Positions 9,910-18,516 of a stretch of 32,000 bases of DNA are shown here, piece by piece. Both the position numbers and the translations under genes were made by a program. Source of the stretch: Pirellula staleyi DSM 6068 (GTDB taxonomy: Bacteria; Planctomycetota; Planctomycetia; Pirellulales; Pirellulaceae); assembly GCA_000025185.1 (NCBI GenBank), contig CP001848.1:5760001-5792000 (forward strand). The letters run 5' to 3'. Numbering within the stretch: the first letter of the stretch is position 1; each line of letters begins with the position of its first letter. Below the pieces are notes generated by a model. That model did not search any database and was not told the origin of the DNA. It saw only the letters and a list, made by a program, of their open reading frames with translations.

Positions 9910-11712
9910 ATGAGAATAATCCTCCTGATGTTCTTGGTGGTAATTGCAATCGGGTCGAGGCAGGCATCTGCCGCTGATGCTCCTGTCACGGTCAAGGAAC
10001 TCTTTGCCGACTTTGATCCTCGGAAAGCCCCACTCGATGCCAAGGTCGTGCGAGAGTGGGAGAAAGACGGCATTGTTTTCCGCTATGTCACGTACCACAT
10101 CGGCGCGTTCAAAGATAAACCGGCCCGCATGGCAGCTTTCTTCGCTTTCCCCAAGAAGGCTAAGAAGCTGCCGGGATTGCTGCATGTTCATGGTGGCGGG
10201 CAGCGAGCGTTTCTGCACGAAGTTGAGTTTTATGCCAAACGAGGCTATGCCTGCTTGTCGGTGAATTGGGGCGGGCGAGAAATGGAAGAGGCCAAAGAAG
10301 GCGATCCGAACACTGCTTGGGGAGCCGTCGATCCGACCCAGAATAATGTGCCGGGCTACTTCAACCTCAAGCCGGGCGAGAAGTATCTCGATCCGTTCGA
10401 GTCGCCACGGAACAACAACTGGTATTTGCTTACGCTTGGCTGCCGTCGAGGGCTGACCTTTCTGGAACAACAGCCCGAAGTCGATCCTGACAAGCTCGGC
10501 GTGTACGGGCATTCGATGGGCGGGAATCTCACCGTGTACGTTGCCGGAACCGATGGTCGAGTCAAGGCAGCAGCGCCGTCCGTGGGTGGATCCGGTTTTC
10601 GTACTCAACCTTGGCCGTTGCTTCCCCAGCACAAGCCACAGATGCCAAATGGCGACGTGAAGCTGTTTGACGCCACTCTCGGCTTCGAGGCTTATGCGCC
10701 GCACATCACCGCTCCGCTTCTCTGGCTTGGTGCGACGAACGACTTCCACGGGATCATGGACGACACCTACCGCACCGGCGAGTTGATCCCGCACAAGAAC
10801 GTGCGGTACTCCTTCACCCCGCACATGAATCACAGGTTCACGCCAGAGTTTGCCGTCACGAGGCCGCTCTGGTTCGATCAGCATCTCAAGGGGAGCTTTA
10901 CCTTCCCGAAGACGCCGGAATCACACTTGAGCTTTGAGGCAAAGGATCACGTCCCGATGCTGGAGGTCATGCCGGATTCCACGCAGGACGTAATCGAAGT
11001 TCACATCTTCTATTCGCTCGATCCCGATCCACGAGCAAGATTCTGGCGATCAGCGGAAGTACAAGGGTCCGGCGATACATGGACCGGCAAGCTGCCGATC
11101 TTGAGCGTGGACCAACCACTCTTCGCCTTCGCCAACGTCGTGTACAGGTTGAAGCAGTCTGAGTCAGAGCCACATGCTCGACCCACCGAGCGATTTGCCC
11201 TCAGTTCGACGCTGCATACGTTTGCTCCCAAGGATGTCGCCGCCAACGGTGCGAGCGCCACCGACAAGGTTGACCCGTTGATTGACGACTTCACGCATAG
11301 CTGGCGGGATTGGTACACACTGTCCCCCGATAACCCGCACCATTGGGAGTTCTCGACCAGGAAGCTGACCGATCCAAAGTGGCGAGGACATGATGGTCAG
11401 CGGCTCACGGTCGAGGTCCAGACTGAGAAGCCAAATGAACTCGTCATCGTGCTGACGGAAAACTTCTTCCGGCAGTACCGGGGGAAGCAAAGGGAATTCT
11501 TGGCGGTCGTGAATCTCGACGGGGGAAAAGAAACGCAAAGGGTGATGTTGGAGCCAAAGGACTTCAAGACCAGTGATGGCGAAGTGCTGTCGTCGTGGAG
11601 TAACGTCGATCTGCTCTCGTTTCGAGCGTATGACGACAAGGGCGAGAAACTGGTTGGCAGCAAATGTTGGGCAGGCCCGCAGCCGGTGTTTAAGAAGCTG
11701 TGGTGGCAGTGA
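9910..11712 (+). CDS. Exported alpha/beta hydrolase (acetyl-xylan-esterase / dienelactone-hydrolase-like) with a C-terminal extension
   Basis: Signal peptide [32 protein letters not shown] oxyanion-type motif. Nucleophile elbow GVYGHSMGG. Later GATNDFHG and a conserved His region. gaggag RBS. About 270 aa C-terminal to the hydrolase fold are unassigned. Confidence 0.8.
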   Translation: MRIILLMFLVVIAIGSRQASAADAPVTVKELFADFDPRKAPLDAKVVREWEKDGIVFRYVTYHIGAFKDKPARMAAFFAFPKKAKKLPGLLHVHGGGQRAFLHEVEFYAKRGYACLSVNWGGREMEEAKEGDPNTAWGAVDPTQNNVPGYFNLKPGEKYLDPFESPRNNNWYLLTLGCRRGLTFLEQQPEVDPDKLGVYGHSMGGNLTVYVAGTDGRVKAAAPSVGGSGFRTQPWPLLPQHKPQMPNGDVKLFDATLGFEAYAPHITAPLLWLGATNDFHGIMDDTYRTGELIPHKNVRYSFTPHMNHRFTPEFAVTRPLWFDQHLKGSFTFPKTPESHLSFEAKDHVPMLEVMPDSTQDVIEVHIFYSLDPDPRARFWRSAEVQGSGDTWTGKLPILSVDQPLFAFANVVYRLKQSESEPHARPTERFALSSTLHTFAPKDVAANGASATDKVDPLIDDFTHSWRDWYTLSPDNPHHWEFSTRKLTDPKWRGHDGQRLTVEVQTEKPNELVIVLTENFFRQYRGKQREFLAVVNLDGGKETQRVMLEPKDFKTSDGEVLSSWSNVDLLSFRAYDDKGEKLVGSKCWAGPQPVFKKLWWQ

Positions 11713-11816
11713 CACCGAACCTCCCCCTGCCCCTCCCGTGTCTGCTGCACACCCCCAATTCCAGAAAGGACGGTGCGCCATACAGAACCACGACCACGAA
11801 GACTGCTTTTCAGCCA

Positions 11817-11984
11817 ATGCGTAAATGCCGCCGAGGCTATCCCTCCGAAACGAAGGTGAAGCGAGGCTTTCGCACCGTCAACGGCGATAAGTTGCTAGAG
11901 AAGAAACTCGGTCGCAACGACCTCTGCCCGTGCGGCAGCGGAAAGGTATTCAAGCGATTCTGCCTCACGTCAGGCCGGTTTTGA
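11817..11984 (+). CDS. Small SEC-C motif (CPCGSGK-type zinc-binding) protein, 55 aa
   Basis: The C-terminal [14 protein letters not shown] is the SecA C-terminal-type metal-binding motif. I trimmed the ORF to the internal ATG at 11817. The upstream part of the track ORF overlaps the hydrolase stop. Confidence 0.5.
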   Translation: MRKCRRGYPSETKVKRGFRTVNGDKLLEKKLGRNDLCPCGSGKVFKRFCLTSGRF

Positions 11985-12145
11985 CGGGGCGAACAGAGAC
12001 GAATACTTTTTGGCATGAATGATTAAGCGGAATCTTTCTCACCCATTCGCACTCGCTATAATGGGCGCGGCTGGGCTATTGTCGAGGTTCCTTCTAAACT
12101 GGAAACTACTTCGGCAGCTTCCCCAGCCTTTTTCGTTGACTTGTT

Positions 12146-14242
12146 ATGACCGCTGCCTCAATCTATCTTCGCAAATCTGGCAAGTTCATCTTGCCCATTG
12201 GTACTGGCAAACCGTCTTGGCAAGGTGTCGGTACAATCGCCAAGAATCTCCAGTCGCTCGGCTTTGGATTGTGTCCCGCTTTGCTAGATCGTCTCGCTCG
12301 ATTACAGAACGATTTCATTGCGGAGTGGTACAAGCAAATTCTGCCAACGCTAAAAGAAATGATGGGATCACATCGCTCGTTTTCCCCGATGTATCCTAAC
12401 TTTCCGAAGCAAGTCATGGACGCCACGGAGGCCGAACTCTTCTTCAATGCAATGACGCACTATTATGGGTTCATATTGTCCGATCTGCTGGGCGATCCGA
12501 ATTTGGTGATGTTGCCGCATTATGAAAAAGAAGCACGTCCGAGCTTGGATGAATTCCATCATCTGCGCTGGCTTGATTTAGGTTCCGAGGAAGACTTCAA
12601 CGCAATCTTCACTCGGCTCGTCGCCTCCAATGGTTCACTGTCGGATTCAGACAAAGACATTCTGCGATGGTTTGTCGACAATCGAGATGTTATCGCTTTG
12701 ATTCCTGAGCAAATCCCGCAGAAGGAGACGCTGGCCTTACTGGTTGCCGTTCTGCCAAACCCAGAGCGTCTGATTTCACAGATTAAAACGGCAACCGATG
12801 TCCTGCGAGTGGCGGTAGCGATGTCCAAGGGCGATGTGTCACTCGCCGAGCCAACGAAATTCAGAAATTTCGCTAAGCGAGAGCGACGGTTTTTGCTCGG
12901 CTGTCTTGAGCAGTGTGGTTCTTCCATGACCGAAGAAATGTTGCGATGGAAAGACCGCTGGATTCGCTTGGGCGAGCGTTTGCACCCTGGTGATTTCAAG
13001 AACAAGTTTCCCAAGTCACTAGATGCCTTTGATGTTCTGCGTCACAACCTGCCGTATTCGAAGTTTAATACGGGCGTGGAAGTAGCCATTCGCAGTGGCA
13101 TCGCAACTGAGGCAGTTCACTTATTGCGGCAACGTCCAGGTGATTTTGCCCGCCGTTTAGATCATGTTCTGCGCACAACCGATGATCCTGAGGTGGTCGC
13201 AAGGGAGTTCCTTGCTTGTGCCGAAAAGGTTTCAATACCTGTCCTGTTGCAGATGTGGCGTCACTTTTCCACACGCAACCAAGTCGGTCTTCGAGCTTTC
13301 TTTCCGAAGGGGAATGCAGCCAAGGTGCAAGTAAAAGAGGGTGGATTACCTTGCCTATCAGGCGAATTGACCCAACTGGTGGCTACCGGAATACGGCAGT
13401 CACTCGTGAAGCGATTCGGTTCACGCATGGCGTTGGGAAAAGTCTATATCGGCCAGGGACTCAAGGATCAGATCGTTCCTTTTTCTCAGCGATCCGCCAG
13501 TCGGTCGCTGCGAACGGTTTCCCGTGGTTCTAAGTTCGATCTTTCCGCTGGCGACACAGTGCGATTCTTCTGCTGGTGGAAGAATATCGGCGGCGATGAT
13601 AACGGACGTGTGGACATTGATCTCTCGGCATCCTTATTTGATTCCGACTGGAACTATCAGACCGATGTCGCCTACTACAAATTGCGAGAAGGAAATTGCT
13701 ATCACAGTGGCGATATAACATCGGCTCCCAATGGAGCGTGCGAATTCATCGACATGAATTTGCCTTCGGTATTGGAAATGAAGGCACGCTACATCGTGAT
13801 GAGCATTATGTGCTTCACTGGACAGAGTTTTATCGAGATGCCCGAATGTTTTGGTGGCTGGATGATGCGTCAGAACCCCAATTCGGGAGAGATATTCGAG
13901 GCTCGCACAGTGCGTGACAAAGTGGACATTACGTCAACCGTACGGCTTTGCGTTCCGATTATTATTGATGTGGAAGAACGCAAGGTCTATTGGGCCGACT
14001 TGGGTCTAAAAGGGCGGGGACAAATCAACAACGCAGCCCGCAATTCGGTTGGCATGAGCCAAATCGGACGTGCCATTGTTGAGTTAAATAAACCCAATCT
14101 GTTCGATTTGTTTCTGATGCATGCCGAGGCACGAGGCGTGATTGTTGACGTTAAAGAGGATGCCGAAACCGTGTTCGACGTTTTTGAAGGCGCAGTAACG
14201 GCATTTGATTCAGATAAGATTCTCAGCGAGTATTTGTCATAA
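12146..14242 (+). CDS. 698-aa protein: unassigned helical N-terminal region plus a C-terminal TerD-like beta-sandwich domain
   Basis: Residues ~455-622 (nt ~13508-14011) read VSRGSKFDLSAGDTVRFFCWW...GRVDIDLSASLFDS...YHSGDITSAP.GACEFIDMNLPSV...ARYIVMSIMCF...VYWADLG. This follows the TerD order (KG..v.L ... GLgW ... vDLDlSa ... h.sGDn.tG...E.i.v.L..v ... ivf.v..y ... W.f...G). I could not assign the N-terminal ~450 aa from memory. Confidence 0.75.
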   Translation: MTAASIYLRKSGKFILPIGTGKPSWQGVGTIAKNLQSLGFGLCPALLDRLARLQNDFIAEWYKQILPTLKEMMGSHRSFSPMYPNFPKQVMDATEAELFFNAMTHYYGFILSDLLGDPNLVMLPHYEKEARPSLDEFHHLRWLDLGSEEDFNAIFTRLVASNGSLSDSDKDILRWFVDNRDVIALIPEQIPQKETLALLVAVLPNPERLISQIKTATDVLRVAVAMSKGDVSLAEPTKFRNFAKRERRFLLGCLEQCGSSMTEEMLRWKDRWIRLGERLHPGDFKNKFPKSLDAFDVLRHNLPYSKFNTGVEVAIRSGIATEAVHLLRQRPGDFARRLDHVLRTTDDPEVVAREFLACAEKVSIPVLLQMWRHFSTRNQVGLRAFFPKGNAAKVQVKEGGLPCLSGELTQLVATGIRQSLVKRFGSRMALGKVYIGQGLKDQIVPFSQRSASRSLRTVSRGSKFDLSAGDTVRFFCWWKNIGGDDNGRVDIDLSASLFDSDWNYQTDVAYYKLREGNCYHSGDITSAPNGACEFIDMNLPSVLEMKARYIVMSIMCFTGQSFIEMPECFGGWMMRQNPNSGEIFEARTVRDKVDITSTVRLCVPIIIDVEERKVYWADLGLKGRGQINNAARNSVGMSQIGRAIVELNKPNLFDLFLMHAEARGVIVDVKEDAETVFDVFEGAVTAFDSDKILSEYLS

Positions 14243-14341
14243 GGCGTTCCCAGATTTCGCCTCAATTACCTATGCCGAATGTGAGGAGAATAAAGGGAAG
14301 CAAAAAGATTGGGAGTTGAAATCAACCGCACGGAAGCGAAT

Positions 14342-14805
14342 ATGACCTCCTTCTCACCCTGCCCAACGCCCAATACCGTCCGCACCGAAGACGGCAAAGT
14401 CCTAGCGTACCCACTGGCTGGGTTCTTCCTACTGGTAACGCCGCCCTGCCCCTCAGAGTGAAGGCGACTGGCGACCATTGGGTCGTGGCTGAATAGAAAG
14501 GCCGCAAGCTTTTCTCACGAGGGCTTGGGCCGCTGCCACGACAATCGAGAAGATTCGCACCAGCCTTGACGCCAAGCGATCTACGGAAGGCTTTACCAAG
14601 TAGAAGCAAAGCCGCCGACGCCAATCGACGTGAGAAGGCCCAGGCTGAATACGTCGAAGACATCCTGGCGGTGGGGAGAATTGCCCGTTGAAGATAGCGT
14701 TGGAGGGTTGGAATTGTTGACAGACACCACGGCAACATTCTGCAAAAGGACAGCAAGCCCTTGGAATACCGTCCGAAGTTGCTTGCCTATATTGCTGAAA
14801 CATGC
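14342..14805 (+). pseudogene. Decayed paralog of the DUF2293 gene (frameshifts, in-frame stops, internal deletion)
   Basis: My own three-frame translation gives these segments: MTSFSPCPTPNTVRTEDGKVLAYP / TGWVLPTGNAALPLRVKATGDHWVVAE*KGRKLFSRG / WAAATTIEKIRTSLDAKRSTEGFTK* / REKAQAEYVEDILAV ... RPKLLAYIAET. They are colinear with MSNNTFTPGPTSHTVRAADGRLLTVPSGWVLLPPGDAALTRRVKAAGDHWVVAEKKGRKVFSRGIWTAATTIESIRAALEAERSTEGFAKRKEADARRREKAQAEYVEDF...RSKELLAQYRQAE of the gene at 9159-9851. The copy has at least 3 frame changes and 2 TAG stops. Confidence 0.6.
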
Positions 14806-14842
14806 CGGGGAGGGTTTCAGCGTGGTAACGGGAGACTTCAAA

Positions 14843-15580
14843 ATGGGGCCGAAAGTTGCCATGAGGAACTGTGCCATTCTTTCACTCATAGTCGCAGTGT
14901 TTGCGCACATGGCTGGGTGCGGGCCACAGAAGGAGAACGCCGTGACGGAGATAACGAACAACAAGCAAGCCAGCCAACACGAACCGCCCAAGCACGGCGG
15001 CCACAAACATGCCTTCACGGACCCTGCGGATCGTGCGAAAAAGTGGAACGACCCAGAACGTGACAAGTGGCAGCGTCCAGATGAGATTGTTGCAGCACTC
15101 GCTTTGACGCCCGGTGCGACGGTCGCTGACATCGGTGCGGGGACGGGCTACATGGTGGCGCATCTAAGCAAGGCAGCAGGCAAAGATGGAACGGTTATCG
15201 CCATCGACGCCTCGACTCAGATGATCGAGTATCTGACGAAACGCAGTGCCGACCTAGGACCAGCCAAGATCGTGCCACGCATGGTCCGCCCGGACGATCC
15301 TGAAATCCAGCCTGACAGTGTGGATGGTGTATTGACGCTGGACACTTGGCATCACGTCAATTCGCAAGAGGCATATGCCAAGAAGGTGTACGAGGGGCTG
15401 AAGCAGGGCGGGCGTTTCGTGGTGGTGGAGTACGAAGTCGAATCGGAGATTGGCCCGCCGAAAGAGATGCGGCTCGAATCTGCGCAAGTGACGAAGCAAC
15501 TTGAATCGGCAGGCTTTCGAGTCGAGATCGTGCGGGAGTCGATGCCACGGCACTACATGGTCGTCGGACACAAGGATTAG
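14843..15580 (+). CDS. Class I SAM-dependent methyltransferase with a lipoprotein-type signal peptide
   Basis: VADIGAGTGYMVAHL (motif I, GxGxG), VIAIDAS (motif II acidic), DGVLTLDTWHH and GGRFVVVEY (motifs III/IV region). The N-terminus MGPKVAMRNCAILSLIVAVFAHMAGC ends in a lipobox-like MAGC. ggag lies 8 nt upstream of the ATG at 14843. The upstream part of the track ORF (14630-14842) is DUF2293 pseudogene debris. Confidence 0.8.
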   Translation: MGPKVAMRNCAILSLIVAVFAHMAGCGPQKENAVTEITNNKQASQHEPPKHGGHKHAFTDPADRAKKWNDPERDKWQRPDEIVAALALTPGATVADIGAGTGYMVAHLSKAAGKDGTVIAIDASTQMIEYLTKRSADLGPAKIVPRMVRPDDPEIQPDSVDGVLTLDTWHHVNSQEAYAKKVYEGLKQGGRFVVVEYEVESEIGPPKEMRLESAQVTKQLESAGFRVEIVRESMPRHYMVVGHKD

Positions 15581-16428
15581 GGCCTAGAAGGCCGACCGAC
15601 AAGTTGGCCGGGCGTGCAGCCGAACGCACGCTGGATATGGGAGTGCAAATGGCTCTGGCTGGAAAAACCGACTTCCGCTGCCACTTCAACAATCGCACGC
15701 CCAGCACACAAAAGTTCCCTCGCACGTTCGACCCGGCGACGAATAACGTACTGGCGTGGAGTCTCTCCGGTGGACGCCTTGAACAGCCGGGAGAAATGAA
15801 ATCGGCTTCTTCCCACAACGGACGCCAAGTCTTCCAGCGTGAGTGGCGTGTCGAGGTTCCGAACGATGTGCTGATCCAAACGGGCCAACTCTTCATCCGA
15901 GAGCCGGGCCGCAGTTTTGTACGACTCGGAGCCGTTGGTGTACTCACGGCTCAAATGAACGCAGAGGGCGGTTCCGAGTGAAGAGGCGAAGAGTTCTCTC
16001 CCAGCCTTCCTCTCACGACCAACTTCATCTGCGAGCGAAGTCACGACCCGCTGGATGAACGAGTCCTTCCGCATGATCGCCGGGGCGGTGTTATTAAGGG
16101 TCACGCCCCCGACCAGTCGGCCCAAGAGAGTCGGTGACAGGCATAACAAGATGCTCTCAAAAGCCTTCTCGCAGCGAACTGCCGTGGTCACGTTAGCGGG
16201 ACAGAAGAACACGTCGCCTGCTGCCGGTCGGATGGAGCGACACTTCCCGTCGCCATAAGACCATATTGAAGAACCGGGGCTGGACAGCAACACGGTGATC
16301 GAGTGGAAATCGTGGGTGTGACGCCCAAAGCCTTCACCCGCAGGCCGAATTCCTCGCTGCACAGCTACACCTTCGGCAAGCCGTGCGGCAGAAGTCGGAG
16401 TCGAAAGTCTCTCGCTATTCATATCCAT
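15577..16428 (-). CDS. AraC/XylS family transcriptional regulator (cupin N-domain plus HTH_18)
   Basis: C-terminal double HTH: LTLEDLASVVGRSRFHFSRLFKASTGETPRQYVIRRRVERARELL...IVEVAAEVGFSSQSHLHSHIQRAFGCTPGQ. Its stop codon overlaps the methyltransferase stop by a few nt (convergent genes). Confidence 0.9.
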   Translation of the reverse strand: MDMNSERLSTPTSAARLAEGVAVQRGIRPAGEGFGRHTHDFHSITVLLSSPGSSIWSYGDGKCRSIRPAAGDVFFCPANVTTAVRCEKAFESILLCLSPTLLGRLVGGVTLNNTAPAIMRKDSFIQRVVTSLADEVGRERKAGRELFASSLGTALCVHLSREYTNGSESYKTAARLSDEELARLDQHIVRNLDTPLTLEDLASVVGRSRFHFSRLFKASTGETPRQYVIRRRVERARELLCAGRAIVEVAAEVGFSSQSHLHSHIQRAFGCTPGQLVGRPSRP

Positions 16429-16513
16429 TGCCGCTCCACTCGCAGGCGCAGGCCTGATTGCACGTCGCCAAATCCATTCTATCGGGGGCGAGTCTCAAAG
16501 AAACGGGAAGCCC

Positions 16514-17254
16514 GTGGTTCTCCTAACGTTCTTCGCAGAGACGTGGGCAGATGTTCTAGTTGGCAAACTCACTGCTCAGGTGTTGTTCTGGTCTTGCTGC
16601 CGGAAGCTGGAAGTCGCCAGCCTTACCTGGGAATCTCTTCGTTTGATTCGCCAAGAAGTTCACTTTGAAATCGTTGGCAAACATGGCGTTAAGCGCTACC
16701 TTCGGATTCCAGAACGACTTTTCGAGCAACACATGTCGGCTCGGTCGTCGGCCAGCCAGTTCGTGTTTGCCGCCTACTGTGAGCAAGCACGGCAGGCGCA
16801 TACCTACAACTCAGGCTGTCAAAAAAAGATTCGAGCCGAGTTCGCCCCTAAGAACTTCGGGAGTTGGTTCTATGCACGGATCAAGGAATGGTCGGCCAGC
16901 CAGCCCAACGGTAACGCCAACGTCGATGTGCTTAGGAAGACGAGCTTACAACTTGCCTTCGATGGCGATGAAGTGGTAACCAGTCGCAAGGTTGCCGATG
17001 ACGCCGAAGTTAGTGAGTCCGTTCTACTCTGCCACTACGTCAACCTGGACCTGTGGCGGAAAAGCAATCGCACCTATTACCGGATTCTCGCTGCCCTGTC
17101 CGCTGACTTGGCCGCTCAGGTCGGGTACGTCGAGAGTGCCAGTGACCGACTGAGCAGAGAACTTGAGGCTGCTAAGGATCGAGGCGACTGGTCCCGTGTG
17201 GCAAAGCTCGCCGCTGAACTGGAGAAGCTGAACCGAGAGCGGAAGAGCGGCTGA
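16514..17254 (+). pseudogene. Tyrosine recombinase (phage integrase family), 5'-truncated: catalytic domain only
   Basis: The catalytic-domain landmarks appear in order: Arg-I context LFWSCCRKLEVASLTWESL, a GKHGVKRYLRIP beta-hairpin Lys, box II-like VDVLRKTSLQLA, and the nucleophile context SVLLCHYVN. There is no N-terminal core-binding/SAM-like domain. The reading frame stays open upstream into the AraC start region with no ATG, and the track start is a GTG. Confidence 0.65.
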
Positions 17255-17267
17255 AACCGTCCCTTTT

Positions 17268-17287
17268 TGTGAAATCCTGTGAAATCC
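17268..17287 (+). repeat. Perfect tandem repeat tgtgaaatcc x2
   Basis: Exact 10-nt units at 17268-17277 and 17278-17287, between the recombinase stop and the tRNA fragment. Confidence 0.7.
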
Positions 17288-17315
17288 GATTGCCGTCACA
17301 TAGGTCAAGAAACGA

Positions 17316-17348
17316 AAATAGCCGCAAGTCAAAGACTAGCGGCTATTT
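17316..17348. terminator. Perfect 10-bp inverted repeat (bidirectional terminator-like hairpin)
   Basis: aaatagccgc (17316-17325) pairs perfectly with gcggctattt (17339-17348), with a 13-nt loop. The GC core is flanked by an A-run on one side and a T-run on the other, so it could terminate transcription in both directions. Confidence 0.45.
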
Positions 17349-17354
17349 AGCAAG

Positions 17355-17396
17355 CGAGGCCGACGGGGCTCGAACCCGCAACCACCGGATCGACAG
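17355..17396 (-). other. 3' fragment (~42 nt) of a tRNA-Asp(GUC) gene, a candidate att repeat and not an intact tRNA
   Basis: The minus strand reads CTGTCGA-TCCGG-TGGTT-GCGGG-TTCGAGC-CCCGT-CGGCCTC-G. That is: anticodon loop with GTC, 3' anticodon stem, variable loop, full T-arm, 3' acceptor strand, discriminator G. The 5' side fails. GGAGA cannot pair with TCCGG. GCGGGGC cannot pair with CGGCCTC. No D-arm is present. Confidence 0.6.
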
Positions 17397-17688
17397 TCTC
17401 CTTGTCGCGATTCCGAAACCCCTGCCCCGCAAGAACTTGCGACCGAAGCATCGCTCAGTTTGCCCAAAATTGACTCAAATCCTTCGCAGCCCACTTCGGT
17501 AGCTGAAGCAATTCAGGCGCTCGCTCGCTTGCAGCCCGAGCTTCTCAGCGCCCTGCAAGCGCTGGCAAAGGTGGCAGTCGGGAGCGGCCCCAATGTGAGT
17601 GCCACTCCAAACTCAACCAACTCGCACAGCCTAGCTGCGCCAAATGCTGAGCCTGCTCCCCCCTCCCCTTTGCGGTCGGAGCGTCGCG

Positions 17689-18516
17689 ATGCCTAACAAG
17701 AAACGTCCAAGACGCCTTTCATCCGCCGCTCAAACCACAGCTCCCCCCCAAAAAATATCAGAACCAGATCGACTGGGAAATGAACTGGCGGACGCTGCCC
17801 TGAGAATCGTGCGTGAGCAAGCTGAAGTCGCCTGCGACGAGATTCGCGGACCGCAGATACGGATCCTTGCCGACACTAACGCCCGTTTCTGGCCAGTTAG
17901 TTCCGACCGCGTGAAAGATTGGATCACTCAACAACTTCTGGAGCGATTCAGAATCTGCGTCACGCAAAAACAACTTGCATTTGTCGTGCGAATCGTACGT
18001 GCAACGGCTTGGTCGTGCGAGAAGGCACCTTCGCAAAACGATCGTTCCATCTGGGACGCGATCGAAAATGAGCCTACCGGCCTAGCACTGCTGCAATACC
18101 TCGACGAGCGAGGCGGCTATGAGGGGCGAACACGAGATCTGTTCAAGGAGGTTGGGCGGGAAAATTTTCAAAAGAAGCTTCGACCTGCGTTCGGGAGAAA
18201 AAACTTTCCAGTGAACGTGCAGGTTTTCGCCCGGCGTGCAGCATCGCTGAGCCCACTGCTCTACGCCGTTGGAATCACACTTTCCTTCGCTCACAAAGCA
18301 GATGGCAGTTATTGCACCCTCAAACAAACCAACACCTCAACGGATCAATTGCCTCACTTTGACGAAGTTTCGTCAGTGAATGCGTCAGCTGTAAATCAAC
18401 TCCCTGAAATCATTTGCGGAACCGATGACGCAACTGACGGACAAACCTTGACATCGAAAAACCCATTAACAATTTTAGACCAGATTGAAGCCCTCAGAAT
18501 TAGGAATATCCAATGA
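17689..18516 (+). CDS. Hypothetical protein (275 aa from the ATG at 17689), translationally coupled to the downstream AAA+ gene
   Basis: Long ORF with a basic N-terminus, MPNKKRPRRLSS. Its stop overlaps the next start (ATGA at 18513-18516). I recognised no family motif. The track start at 17644 is an alternative. Confidence 0.55.
   Translation: MPNKKRPRRLSSAAQTTAPPQKISEPDRLGNELADAALRIVREQAEVACDEIRGPQIRILADTNARFWPVSSDRVKDWITQQLLERFRICVTQKQLAFVVRIVRATAWSCEKAPSQNDRSIWDAIENEPTGLALLQYLDERGGYEGRTRDLFKEVGRENFQKKLRPAFGRKNFPVNVQVFARRAASLSPLLYAVGITLSFAHKADGSYCTLKQTNTSTDQLPHFDEVSSVNASAVNQLPEIICGTDDATDGQTLTSKNPLTILDQIEALRIRNIQ

Noticed and set aside
9748-10884. 378-aa minus-strand ORF
   Set aside because: It is antisense to the alpha/beta hydrolase, which has a signal peptide, an RBS and a GHSMGG elbow. 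It shows no motifs of its own.
11985-12010. gacggggcgaac resembles the gacggggctcgaac of the tRNA fragment, raising the possibility of a second att copy
   Set aside because: Only an 8-mer plus 4 nt match, with a 2-nt gap. The similarity does not extend to the T-loop or acceptor, so it is probably chance.
14630-14842. N-terminal 71 codons of the track ORF 14630-15580
   Set aside because: This stretch is DUF2293 pseudogene debris read in another frame. The methyltransferase has its own RBS, ATG and signal peptide at 14843.
17355-17431. Possible intact 76-nt tRNA gene on the minus strand
   Set aside because: I folded it by hand. The T-arm and 3' acceptor are perfect. However, the 5' acceptor (GCGGGGC), the D-arm region and the 5' anticodon stem (GGAGA against TCCGG) do not pair. 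I therefore report only the 3' ~42 nt as a fragment.
17460-17696. 78-aa TTG-initiated ORF overlapping the start of the 17689 gene
   Set aside because: It has a helical-looking middle part and an 8-nt overlap with the next gene, which is suggestive. However, it has no ATG or GTG start near the 5' end, no RBS, and a low-complexity Pro/Ser/Asn tail. The support is not strong enough to call it.
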